Assembly: GCA_943324925.2 (NCBI GenBank)
Contig: CALPNL020000001.1
Coordinates: 1 to 34,075, forward strand
Length of the DNA: 34,075 bases
DNA from: Chitinophaga pinensis
Lineage (GTDB): Bacteria > Bacteroidota > Bacteroidia > Flavobacteriales > Flavobacteriaceae
Direction: 5' to 3'
Both the position numbers and the translations under genes were made by a program. Under the pieces are notes generated by a model. That model worked only from the letters and a program-made list of their open reading frames with translations. It searched no databases and was not told the origin of the DNA. How positions within the stretch are numbered: the first letter of the stretch is position 1; every line of letters starts with the position of its first letter. Below are positions 17,843-26,764 of this stretch, piece by piece.

Positions 17843-20014
17843 CTATAAATTGTTATAAATAAAATTCGTCATTTTATTATACAATTGAATTCTTGTTTTT
17901 CCTCCATAAATACCGTGATTGTTATCTGGGTAAATTTGAGAATCAAACTGTTTATTAGCTTGAATTAATGCTTCCATCATTTGCATAGAATTCTGAACAT
18001 GAACATTGTCGTCACCTGAACCATGAATTAAAAGAAATTTACCTTTCAATTTGTCAACGTGATTAATTGGCGAATTTTCATCATATCCACTTGCATTTTC
18101 AGCAGGAGTTTGCATGTATCTTTCGGTATATATACTATCATAAAATCTCCAATTGGTAACTGGTGCAACAGCAATAGCCATTTTAAATACATCATTCCCT
18201 TTCATAATACAGTTAGAAGCCATAAAACCTCCAAACGACCATCCAAATATACCGATTCTATTTTTATCAACAAAAGTATAATTTCCAATTACTTTAGCCG
18301 CATCAATTTGGTCTTCCACTTCAAATTTTCCCAATTCTTTTTGAGTTACTTTCTTGAAATCAGCCCCTTTAAATCCGGTTCCACGTCCATCAACGCAAGC
18401 CACAATGTAACCTTGTTGCGTTAACATCATAAACCAATAATCGTCTGTTGAGTTCCAATCGTTATTGACTTGTTGCGATCCTGGACCTGAATATTGATAC
18501 ATAAAAACTGGATATTTTTTGGAAGGATCAAAATCTTTGGGTTTTAAAATCCAGGCGTTTAGTTCATTTCCTTTTTCTGTTTTCAAAACAAAAAACTCTT
18601 TTGTAGGTAAATTATACGATTTAATCTTATTGGCTAAAGCTTCGTTGTTTTCAATTACTTGAATTTCTTTCCCGTTTTTAGCTTCATTTAAAGTGTAGGT
18701 CGTTGGTCGCGTTGCACTCGAAAAAGTAGTGATAAAATACTGGAAGTTAGGACTAAAAGTAGCATTGTTAGTTCCAGTATTGGCTGATAATCTTACTTTG
18801 TTTTTTCCGTTTAATCCAATACTGTAAATGTCTCTATTGATAGAACCGTTTTCTACAGATTGATAAAAAATAGTTTGATTTTTTTCGTCGAATCCGTAAT
18901 AATTGGTTACTTCCCAATTCCCTTTTGTAACTTGATTTTTTAACTTTCCATTTTTATCATATACATAAATATGATTGAAACCATCTTTTTCACTTGTCCA
19001 AATGAAACTATTGTCTTTCAAAAATGTTAGATTATCAGTTACATCCACATAAGCTTTGTCTTTTTCATTTAAAATTACTTTGGTAGTTCCTGAAGTTCCA
19101 TCTACAAAAAGTAAATCTAAATTATCTTGATGACGATTTAATAGTTGAGCACAAAGTACATTACTTTCATTAGTCCATTTCATTCTAGCAATATAGAAAT
19201 CGGAATAATTTTTTAAGTCAATATTTTTAGTATTTGCATTAGCGACATCATAAATGTGAAGGGAAACTTCCGAATTTTTTTCACCCGCTTTTGGATATTT
19301 GAAAGTTTGTACTGTTGGATAAAGCTCTTTATAAAACATCGACATTGAGAATTCTGGCACCTGACTTTCGTCAAATTTAATATAAGCTATTTTCTTACTA
19401 TCGCCACTCCAATCGAATGCTTTTACAAATGCAAATTCTTCTTCGTAAACCCAATCCGTAATTCCATTTATAATCGAATTTCTAAGTCCGTCCGAAGTGA
19501 TTTGCTTGGTTGATTTAGAGGCAATGTCATAAATAAATAAGTTGTTTTCTTTGGCAAATGCAATTTTAGTTCCGTCGGGAGAAAAGGTAGGTTCCTGTAT
19601 TTTATAATCTAATAAAGGCATTAATTTTTTAGTAGCGATAACATATAAAAAATAATTTGCCACAAATGAATGGCGAAAAATCTGATCTGAATTACTAGCA
19701 ATTAAGATTGATTTTTCATCTGAACTGAAAGTGTAACTATCAATTCCTTCCAACGCTTTATGGTCTTTTGAATCTATTAAGGTGGATACTTTTTTTAGGG
19801 TCGCAAAATCATATAAGTCAATTTGATAACTTCTAGTGGCACGATCAAAATTCAAAACCGTATATTGATTTGTGTTTTTCAATGCTTGTAAATCATCCAT
19901 TCCTTTTGCACGAAAAGCACCTGAATAAATGGACTCAATTGTTATTTTTTGTTGGGCCACAACTGAAAAAGAGGCAAATAGGAATATAAAAGCAACTTTG
20001 TAGATAAATTTCAT
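17843..20014 (-). CDS. Dipeptidyl peptidase IV (S9B)
   Basis: DWVYEEE substrate motif, YPKAG, nucleophile GWSFGG, DDNVH, NHG. Start reset to MKFIYKVAF (20014), which gives a clean signal peptide. Confidence 0.93.
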   Translation of the reverse strand: MKFIYKVAFIFLFASFSVVAQQKITIESIYSGAFRAKGMDDLQALKNTNQYTVLNFDRATRSYQIDLYDFATLKKVSTLIDSKDHKALEGIDSYTFSSDEKSILIASNSDQIFRHSFVANYFLYVIATKKLMPLLDYKIQEPTFSPDGTKIAFAKENNLFIYDIASKSTKQITSDGLRNSIINGITDWVYEEEFAFVKAFDWSGDSKKIAYIKFDESQVPEFSMSMFYKELYPTVQTFKYPKAGEKNSEVSLHIYDVANANTKNIDLKNYSDFYIARMKWTNESNVLCAQLLNRHQDNLDLLFVDGTSGTTKVILNEKDKAYVDVTDNLTFLKDNSFIWTSEKDGFNHIYVYDKNGKLKNQVTKGNWEVTNYYGFDEKNQTIFYQSVENGSINRDIYSIGLNGKNKVRLSANTGTNNATFSPNFQYFITTFSSATRPTTYTLNEAKNGKEIQVIENNEALANKIKSYNLPTKEFFVLKTEKGNELNAWILKPKDFDPSKKYPVFMYQYSGPGSQQVNNDWNSTDDYWFMMLTQQGYIVACVDGRGTGFKGADFKKVTQKELGKFEVEDQIDAAKVIGNYTFVDKNRIGIFGWSFGGFMASNCIMKGNDVFKMAIAVAPVTNWRFYDSIYTERYMQTPAENASGYDENSPINHVDKLKGKFLLIHGSGDDNVHVQNSMQMMEALIQANKQFDSQIYPDNNHGIYGGKTRIQLYNKMTNFIYNNL

Positions 20015-20128
20015 AATTTGGATTTTTAAAAAACATTCAATTTTAGTGAAAAAATCTCGAATTACCACCTTTTTTTTCTTAAAATGTAATTTCATGGGGA
20101 AGTTATTTTATTAGAATTGATGAAAATG

Positions 20129-20136
20129 TATATTTG
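20129..20136 (+). promoter_or_regulatory. Promoter -7 box for the HMG-CoA reductase operon
   Basis: TATATTTG, 22 nt upstream of the ATG at 20159. Confidence 0.6.
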
Positions 20137-20158
20137 CATGAATTAATAATTTATACAG

Positions 20159-21475
20159 ATGAACAATGCCATTGCTGGATTTTCAAAATTCTCAAAAGAA
20201 GAGAAGATAAATTGGATTGCAACTACCTATTTTTCTGATTCAAATGAGGCTGTTTCTTTAATTAAAAAATATTGGAATTCGGATTCAAAAATTCAACAAT
20301 TGCATGATGAATTCATTGAAAATACAATTACTAATTTTTATTTGCCTTTAGGGGTTGCGCCGAATTTTCTTATCAATGGGAAATACAAAACTATTCCCAT
20401 GGCAATTGAGGAAAGTTCCGTTGTAGCCGCAGCTTCAAAATCGGCAAAGTATTGGGCTACTCGAGGTGGATTTAAAGCTACTGTAGTCAATACTGAAAAA
20501 ATTGGGCAAGTCCATTTTATTTATACTGGTGATATAGAAAAATTAGAAAAATTCTTCAAGGAATTAAACCCTAAATTATATCATGCTACCGAGAGCGTAA
20601 CAAAAAATATGCAAAAACGAGGTGGTGGAATTCTATCCATTGAACTCAGAAATAAAACACACCTCATTCCAAATTATTTTCAGTTGCACGCCACTTTTGA
20701 AACAAAAGATTCAATGGGGGCTAACTTTATCAATTCGTGCTTAGAACAATTTGCAAAGACATTAAAAGAAGAAGCTAGTTCCTATTCAAATTTCTCAGAA
20801 ACTGAGAAAAATATAGAAGTCGTAATGAGTATTTTGTCGAATTACGTTCCTAATTGTATTGTTCGCGCAGCGGTTTCTTGTAAAGTAGAAGAATTAGCAG
20901 ATAAAAACATTGAAAATCCTGAAGTTTTTGCCAATAAATTTATTCAAGCAGTTCGTATAGCAGAAGTAGAACCTTTTAGGGCAGTAACTCACAATAAAGG
21001 AATTATGAACGGTGTGGACGCAGTAGTTTTAGCAACTGGAAATGATTTCCGAGCAGTAGAGGCTGGAATTCATGCGTATGCGTCTAGAAATGGAAGTTAT
21101 TCAAGTTTGTCACATGCCAAAATTGAAGAGGGAATATTTAGTTTTTGGATAGAAATACCATTGGCTTTGGGAACGGTTGGAGGATTAACTTCACTTCATC
21201 CAATGGTGAAATTATCACTTGAAATGTTAGAAAAACCATCAGCCAAAGAACTTATGGAAGTGGTTGCTGTTGCCGGACTAGCACAAAACTTTGCTGCTTT
21301 ACGTTCTTTAACCACAACCGGAATTCAAGAAGGACATATGAAAATGCACCTCAATAATATTTTAAATCAATTTAAGGTTACCGATGAAGAACGGGTTTTG
21401 ATTAAAAATCACTTTAAAGATACCGTAGTTTCTCATTCGGCAGCTGTTGATTTCATCGAGAAATTAAGAAAATAA
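20159..21475 (+). CDS. mvaA: Class II hydroxymethylglutaryl-CoA reductase
   Basis: EESSVVAAAS, DSMGAN, THNKGIMNG, GNDFRAVEAG, GTVGG, GIQEGHM; all catalytic positions appear present. Confidence 0.9.
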   Translation: MNNAIAGFSKFSKEEKINWIATTYFSDSNEAVSLIKKYWNSDSKIQQLHDEFIENTITNFYLPLGVAPNFLINGKYKTIPMAIEESSVVAAASKSAKYWATRGGFKATVVNTEKIGQVHFIYTGDIEKLEKFFKELNPKLYHATESVTKNMQKRGGGILSIELRNKTHLIPNYFQLHATFETKDSMGANFINSCLEQFAKTLKEEASSYSNFSETEKNIEVVMSILSNYVPNCIVRAAVSCKVEELADKNIENPEVFANKFIQAVRIAEVEPFRAVTHNKGIMNGVDAVVLATGNDFRAVEAGIHAYASRNGSYSSLSHAKIEEGIFSFWIEIPLALGTVGGLTSLHPMVKLSLEMLEKPSAKELMEVVAVAGLAQNFAALRSLTTTGIQEGHMKMHLNNILNQFKVTDEERVLIKNHFKDTVVSHSAAVDFIEKLRK

Positions 21476-21500
21476 ATCGTTACTTAATTTCAACTTACCA

Positions 21501-22412
21501 ATGGAGCAAACTTTTTACAGTAACGGCAAATTATTAATTACAGGTGAATATTTAGTTCTTGACGGAGCAAAAGGTTTGGCATTGCCAACAAAATATGGGC
21601 AATATTTAAAAATAGCTTCGGGTGAAATTGGGCAAATTAAATGGACTAGTTTTGATTCTGATAACAGTATTTGGTTTAAAGAGACCTTTTCCTTCAATGA
21701 GATTATCAATTTTAATGTGACTGATAAATTATCGGAAAGACAAACCTTAATAAAAATTTTACATGAAGCGCATTTGCTAAACACTGGCCTATTTAATTCT
21801 TCAATCGGCTTCACTGTTTCGACCGTGCTTACATTTCCAAAATTATGGGGTTTAGGAACCTCATCGACTTTAATTAACAATATTGCTCAATGGTTTCAAA
21901 TTGATGCCTTTGAACTGCTCAAAAATAGTTTTGGCGGAAGTGGCTATGATATTGCCTGTGCTCAAAATAATAGTCCTATTTTATATCAATTAATCAATGG
22001 ATTGCCAATGGTTGAAAAAGTAAATTTCAATCCTAATTTTACAGATGGTATCTATTTTGTTTATTTAAATAAAAAGCAAAGTAGCAAAACTGCGATTGAT
22101 AATTATTATAAAAATCAAAAGAATTTGGAGGCTAATTTCCCATTAATAAACGAAATTACTTTAGCCGTTTTAAATTCAAATTCTATGACTGAATTTAATA
22201 CTTTACTCAATAAACACGAAGGTATAATGAGTACTATTCTTGAACTTCCAGCTGTAAAAGAAGGTTTATTCGCTGATTTTGATGGGTCAATAAAAAGTCT
22301 GGGGGCTTGGGGCGGTGATTTTGTAATGGTCGTTTCAAGGAATAACCCCACCTCCTATTTTGAAAATAAGGGTTTCAAAACTATAGTTCCTTATAAGGAT
22401 ATGATTTTATAA
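21501..22412 (+). CDS. GYDIA-family GHMP kinase (mevalonate-pathway kinase candidate)
   Basis: GKLLITGEY, ATP loop PKLWGLGTSS, GGSGYDIA, KSLGAWGGD; 25 nt downstream of HMG-CoA reductase. Confidence 0.85.
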   Translation: MEQTFYSNGKLLITGEYLVLDGAKGLALPTKYGQYLKIASGEIGQIKWTSFDSDNSIWFKETFSFNEIINFNVTDKLSERQTLIKILHEAHLLNTGLFNSSIGFTVSTVLTFPKLWGLGTSSTLINNIAQWFQIDAFELLKNSFGGSGYDIACAQNNSPILYQLINGLPMVEKVNFNPNFTDGIYFVYLNKKQSSKTAIDNYYKNQKNLEANFPLINEITLAVLNSNSMTEFNTLLNKHEGIMSTILELPAVKEGLFADFDGSIKSLGAWGGDFVMVVSRNNPTSYFENKGFKTIVPYKDMIL

Positions 22413-22427
22413 CATACTATATTAAAC

Positions 22428-22460
22428 AAAAAACCCGTCAATAAATTGACGGGTTTTTTT
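22428..22460. terminator. Bidirectional intrinsic terminator between the GHMP kinase and ppiD-like gene
   Basis: AAAAAACCCGTCAAT-AA-ATTGACGGGTTTTTTT perfect inverted repeat between convergent genes. Confidence 0.9.
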
Positions 22461-22483
22461 ATAATTTTTTTTAACTCTTAACT

Positions 22484-24580
22484 CTAGAAGTTAAATTTTG
22501 ATCTATTGTCTTCAATTTTAGCATCCACTTTCAAAGCAGGAATAATTCTTCCTGAAGCTGAAGCATTTTGAGAATTTAATTTTGACACATAATCCTTATA
22601 ATTTTTCAAAGCTGGAGCAGTAAATACTGATTTAGTTTTTACTACATAAACTCCTAAATTACCTTCTATAGGTGCAGAAATTTTGTCGCCTTTTAATCCG
22701 AAAGCAGTTCCAACCACTTTTGCTTCGTTACCAACACCAGGTAAAGTTGGATTTTCAAGAGTAACCTCTAAAGCTGGTTTTACTTGAGTAGCATTTGCTT
22801 TAGCGATAGCATCTAAAGAAGCCCCTTTCATTTTCGCTTTGATCATTTCGGCTTTTTTCTTGTTTTTCAAGATTGGTTCAACCATTGGTCTTGCATCTGC
22901 AATTGGTGTTAAACCAGCTTCAAAAACTGCTTTTACTTTTGCAATCACATTTCCAACATTAGGCACTTCAAATCTTTTAACATCACCAATTTTAGTTTGA
23001 TCTTCAAAAGCCCAACGAACAATTTGTCTTTGGTTACCTAGGGCACCAAATGTTTCGTCCATTACTTTAACTTTTATTGCTGGATTAACTTGAAGTTTTG
23101 CCGCTTTTGCTACTTTATCAAAATCTCCCTCGGTTGCGTCCATTTCAAATTTCACAGCAGTCGTGTAAATTTTATCCGAGGTAGCTTCAGAAGGTTCAAT
23201 TTTTTGCGCAATAGTTGCCAAACGAACTGCATCTTGTTTATCAGTAACATTAATAATATGGTAACCAAAATCTGTTTCAACCAATCCAATTTTTCCAACA
23301 GGACTAGAAAACACGAAATCATTGAATGGCTTAACCATTTGTCCTTGCGTAAAATAACCTAAATCACCTCCTTGTTGAGAAGAAGAATCGTCAGAATTCA
23401 TTAAAGCAACCATCATAAAACTAGTAGGATTTGCTTTTACTTGCGCAAACAATTGTTCTGCTTTTGCTTTAGCTTGTTCTTTAGTACGTTTCTCTTTTTT
23501 ATTTGGAACTTGAGTTCCTTCATAACTAATCAAAATGTGAGAAGCTTTAGCATTTACTCCCGCTTTTCTTCCTAAAGATTTAGAAAGACATACAAAATTA
23601 TTATTTACATATGGTCCAAAAACTTCTCCTGGAGCCAAGTTAAATAACTGCTCAGCAAATGGAGCTGGCAAATCTTTTTTAGCTATGTAGGTAGAATCGT
23701 ATGGCTTGTCAGTATTCGCATTTACGAATTCAATCGCATCTTTCGCTCCTTTAAATCCTGGTAATGTATCATTTTTACCCGTTGCTTGATTGTACACAAT
23801 TCTAGATGAAAGTAAGGCTGTAACAGCTGTTTTAACTTCGTTTTCATCTTCTGGAGAGGCTTTGTCTTCGATTAATACATATTGAACTTCACGAGATTCT
23901 TCTGCTTTGTATTTCTTCTCATTGGTTTTCATGTAGTTGGTAATTTCCTCATCAGAAATTTTAATATCACTGTCTTTAACCGTTGAAAATAAAACAGAAA
24001 CGTAATCAAAGTTTACTTTGTTAGACTCCATTCCATATTTGAACTTACCTTCACTATCCGTTGTGTAAACTCCAGCTTTAATTAAAGAATTATAGATCTG
24101 GAACTTTGCATTTAAAGAAGCATCTTTTTCTCTTTCCTTTAAGCTTTCCGCTTGGTCTGGATTGGCTTTAAAGAATTCTTTAAATTTAGCTACATCAAAT
24201 TTTCCAGCCGCATTTAAGAAAGTTGGATTTTGACCTATGTTTTGATCTGCTTTAAAAATCTCCATAATGTGGTTTTCACCTACTCTAATTCCAAGTTTAT
24301 CAAATTCAGAAGTTAATAATGCAATAGAAACTTCTTGATCCCAAACTCTATTTGCAGCTTGAGTTAAAGTAACTCCTTGACCACTTTTTTCTACATTTGA
24401 AACTTTAATTTGAAACTCTTCAAGTGAAATTCCTTTACCATTAATACTTCCTACATCATTTGAAGTAGTTGAAAGACCCCCTTTATTAAAAAGGTCACCT
24501 ATTATAAAAGCTAATAAACAAAACCCTATTACTAGTATTAGAAGAAGTGAACGTTGTCTGATTTTTTGTAAAACTGCCAT
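22484..24580 (-). CDS. Membrane-anchored periplasmic chaperone/parvulin PPIase, PpiD-like
   Basis: N-terminal TM (MAVLQKIRQR...AFIIGD), SurA-N-like region, parvulin motifs ASHILI, GGDLGYF, MVKPF, ETDFGYHII. Confidence 0.88.
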   Translation of the reverse strand: MAVLQKIRQRSLLLILVIGFCLLAFIIGDLFNKGGLSTTSNDVGSINGKGISLEEFQIKVSNVEKSGQGVTLTQAANRVWDQEVSIALLTSEFDKLGIRVGENHIMEIFKADQNIGQNPTFLNAAGKFDVAKFKEFFKANPDQAESLKEREKDASLNAKFQIYNSLIKAGVYTTDSEGKFKYGMESNKVNFDYVSVLFSTVKDSDIKISDEEITNYMKTNEKKYKAEESREVQYVLIEDKASPEDENEVKTAVTALLSSRIVYNQATGKNDTLPGFKGAKDAIEFVNANTDKPYDSTYIAKKDLPAPFAEQLFNLAPGEVFGPYVNNNFVCLSKSLGRKAGVNAKASHILISYEGTQVPNKKEKRTKEQAKAKAEQLFAQVKANPTSFMMVALMNSDDSSSQQGGDLGYFTQGQMVKPFNDFVFSSPVGKIGLVETDFGYHIINVTDKQDAVRLATIAQKIEPSEATSDKIYTTAVKFEMDATEGDFDKVAKAAKLQVNPAIKVKVMDETFGALGNQRQIVRWAFEDQTKIGDVKRFEVPNVGNVIAKVKAVFEAGLTPIADARPMVEPILKNKKKAEMIKAKMKGASLDAIAKANATQVKPALEVTLENPTLPGVGNEAKVVGTAFGLKGDKISAPIEGNLGVYVVKTKSVFTAPALKNYKDYVSKLNSQNASASGRIIPALKVDAKIEDNRSKFNF

Positions 24581-24688
24581 TTTTTATTTTATTATTTAAA
24601 ATTCTGTCTGCGAAAATACAATTATCTATTTAATAATAATAGTTGTAAAGTTATATTTTGCAATAAATTACCTTATTTTTTTTTAATA

Positions 24689-25948
24689 TTAGTCAATTAA
24701 AGTCATTTTAACCAATTCAATTTTATTATTTGAGGCTTCTTCAATAATAAAATTATAGTTTCCAATGCTTATTTTATTCCCTTTCTGAGGGATTTCTTTG
24801 GTATGATCTACAATAAATCCTCCTAAAGTTCCATAAGAATCACTTTCGGGAATATTGAGTTTGAAGGTTTGATTGATATATTCTACGTCCAATCGAGCTG
24901 AAAATAGAAAAACACCCGTTTCTATTTCCTGTTCAATTCTAATTTCTTCTGAATCGTGTTCGTCTTCAATTTCGCCAAAAAGTTCCTCAACAATATCTTC
25001 AATAGTCATAATTCCGGCTGTACCTCCATATTCATCTAGAACAACTGCTACACTTTTTCTCTTCTTGATTAATAGGTCTAACGCTTCTTTAATGAAAATT
25101 GTTTCTGGAACATACTCTACCCTAATCAATATTGATTTTATTGTTTTGGGTTTTTTAAAAAGCTCGAAGGAGTGAACATATCCGATACAATCATCTAAAG
25201 AGTTTTGGTAAACCATGATTTTAGAATAGCCTGTTTTAATGAACATTTCTTTTAAATCGTCAACAGAATCAAGGATGTCAACTCCAGCAATTTCTGTTCT
25301 AGGCGTCATAATATCTCTGGCTTTAACACCCGAAAATTCTAAGGCATTTTGAAAAATTTGAATTTCTGAATCTACATTATCATGATCTTCAAAATGATTC
25401 ATTTGCTCTGAAATATAATTTCCAAGTTCAATTTTACTAAAAAATAAAGGCACAAAATCACCTTCGGTTTTAAAAAAACGTTTCAAAATGGTATCCGAAA
25501 TCCACATAATGAAAGTAGAAACTACATAAAATAATAGGTAGAAAAAATAGGCTGGAATTGCGAAATACTTCACAAAGCTATTCGCATAAATCTGGAAAAA
25601 CACCTTTGGTAGAAATTCTGAAGTAATTAATACAATTAAAGTTGAAAGTATGGTTTGCAACAATAAATTGACAAAGCTAGAAAATTCTATTCCTAAAGTT
25701 ACAAACCATTGCATTAAAAGATCGCCCATGAAAAAACTATAAACAACCAATGCGACATTATTACCAATGAGCATTGTAGCTATGAATTGAGATGGTTTTT
25801 CAGTTAGTTTAGTCAGAATTTGAGAAAGAAAATTATCTTGTTTTTTTTCAATTTCAAGGTATATTTTATTGGAAGAAACGAAAGCAATTTCCATTCCCGA
25901 AAAAAACGCACATAATATCAAACAGATAATGATAATTGTGATTTCCAT
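24689..25948 (-). CDS. CNNM/CorB-type (HlyC/CorC, 'hemolysin family') membrane protein: DUF21 + CBS pair + CorC domain
   Basis: FFSGMEIAF, LIGNN, EFLPK, IMTPR, VLDEYGGTAGIMTIEDIVEELFGEIEDEHD, TLGGF. Confidence 0.9.
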   Translation of the reverse strand: MEITIIIICLILCAFFSGMEIAFVSSNKIYLEIEKKQDNFLSQILTKLTEKPSQFIATMLIGNNVALVVYSFFMGDLLMQWFVTLGIEFSSFVNLLLQTILSTLIVLITSEFLPKVFFQIYANSFVKYFAIPAYFFYLLFYVVSTFIMWISDTILKRFFKTEGDFVPLFFSKIELGNYISEQMNHFEDHDNVDSEIQIFQNALEFSGVKARDIMTPRTEIAGVDILDSVDDLKEMFIKTGYSKIMVYQNSLDDCIGYVHSFELFKKPKTIKSILIRVEYVPETIFIKEALDLLIKKRKSVAVVLDEYGGTAGIMTIEDIVEELFGEIEDEHDSEEIRIEQEIETGVFLFSARLDVEYINQTFKLNIPESDSYGTLGGFIVDHTKEIPQKGNKISIGNYNFIIEEASNNKIELVKMTLID

Positions 25949-25951
25949 AAA

Positions 25952-26146
25952 CTATTTTGAATTTTTTCTTGCTTCGAATTTTTTTGCATAATGTCTTCTA
26001 AAGAAAAACATAAGCAATGATAGTGAGGCAATACCAAAAAAAAGTAAATGCTCTTGAGAGTCGGGGTTCCAAACATCTAATGCCTTGTATACAAAAAAAA
26101 CGGCTGCAAAAAGATAAATGTAAGGGGTGTATTTTAAATATTTCAT
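25952..26146 (-). CDS. Small hypothetical two-TM membrane protein
   Basis: 64-aa ORF that fills the lptC-CNNM gap (12 and 3 nt spacers); two hydrophobic helices and a basic tail. Confidence 0.7.
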   Translation of the reverse strand: MKYLKYTPYIYLFAAVFFVYKALDVWNPDSQEHLLFFGIASLSLLMFFFRRHYAKKFEARKNSK

Positions 26147-26158
26147 TATAAATAATTA

Positions 26159-26713
26159 TTAATTAGCCTGATCAATTTCTCCGGTGATGCTTTGGGAATT
26201 AACAATTTTAAAATCTTTGCTAAAATCAATTCCTTCGCCGTAAGAAACTCCTTTCGGGTCTGTAAATTTAAACTTTTTTTCGGTATAAAACCACTCATTT
26301 TTTTGATCAAAATACAACTGAGAAGTTTCTAATACTTGTCCCATTTCATTCGTGATTCGCACATTTCCCTGCAAGTCTATTAAGTTTGGGACTTTATAGG
26401 AAACTGCATAATTTGAGGTTACAAAAGTTCTTTTATTATTTATGTCAAATAAAGTTACGTTTATGCCTTTAGGAAATTCAGTAAACGGAAAGGTCACCGA
26501 GGCATAATCTAACATTTTAGGACTAATCAATATTGATTTTATTCTACCGGAATCGGTATATTTCATATTAAAATCGTCAGCCTCACCACTAGGAGCAAAT
26601 TCTGAAAAATTTTGTTTTTGGACTTCCTTAAAATTACTTTCACAAGAAAAAAAAGCCATTACTAAAAGCAGTAAAAGAGTACTATTTCTAATAGAGAATT
26701 TATTGAAAGTCAT
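26159..26713 (-). CDS. lptC: LPS export periplasmic protein LptC (Bacteroidota type)
   Basis: Size and beta-jellyroll-like repeats: YTDSG, EFPKG, GNVRI, LETSQLYFDQ, G-x-G-x-D near the C-terminus. Family recognised from memory of similar proteins. Confidence 0.78.
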   Translation of the reverse strand: MTFNKFSIRNSTLLLLLVMAFFSCESNFKEVQKQNFSEFAPSGEADDFNMKYTDSGRIKSILISPKMLDYASVTFPFTEFPKGINVTLFDINNKRTFVTSNYAVSYKVPNLIDLQGNVRITNEMGQVLETSQLYFDQKNEWFYTEKKFKFTDPKGVSYGEGIDFSKDFKIVNSQSITGEIDQAN

Positions 26714-26764
26714 AATTTAGGACAATTTAAATCTAAAAAAAATCAAATTAGACTACTATTAATT

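Noticed and set aside
20015-20095. 27-aa N-terminal extension of DPP-IV from the ORF track
   Set aside because: It runs through the divergent promoter gap; the downstream Met gives a canonical signal peptide.
24689-25948. 'Hemolysin' or gliding gene gldE call
   Set aside because: The architecture is generic CNNM/CorB; nothing shows toxin function, and no gldD neighbour supports gldE.
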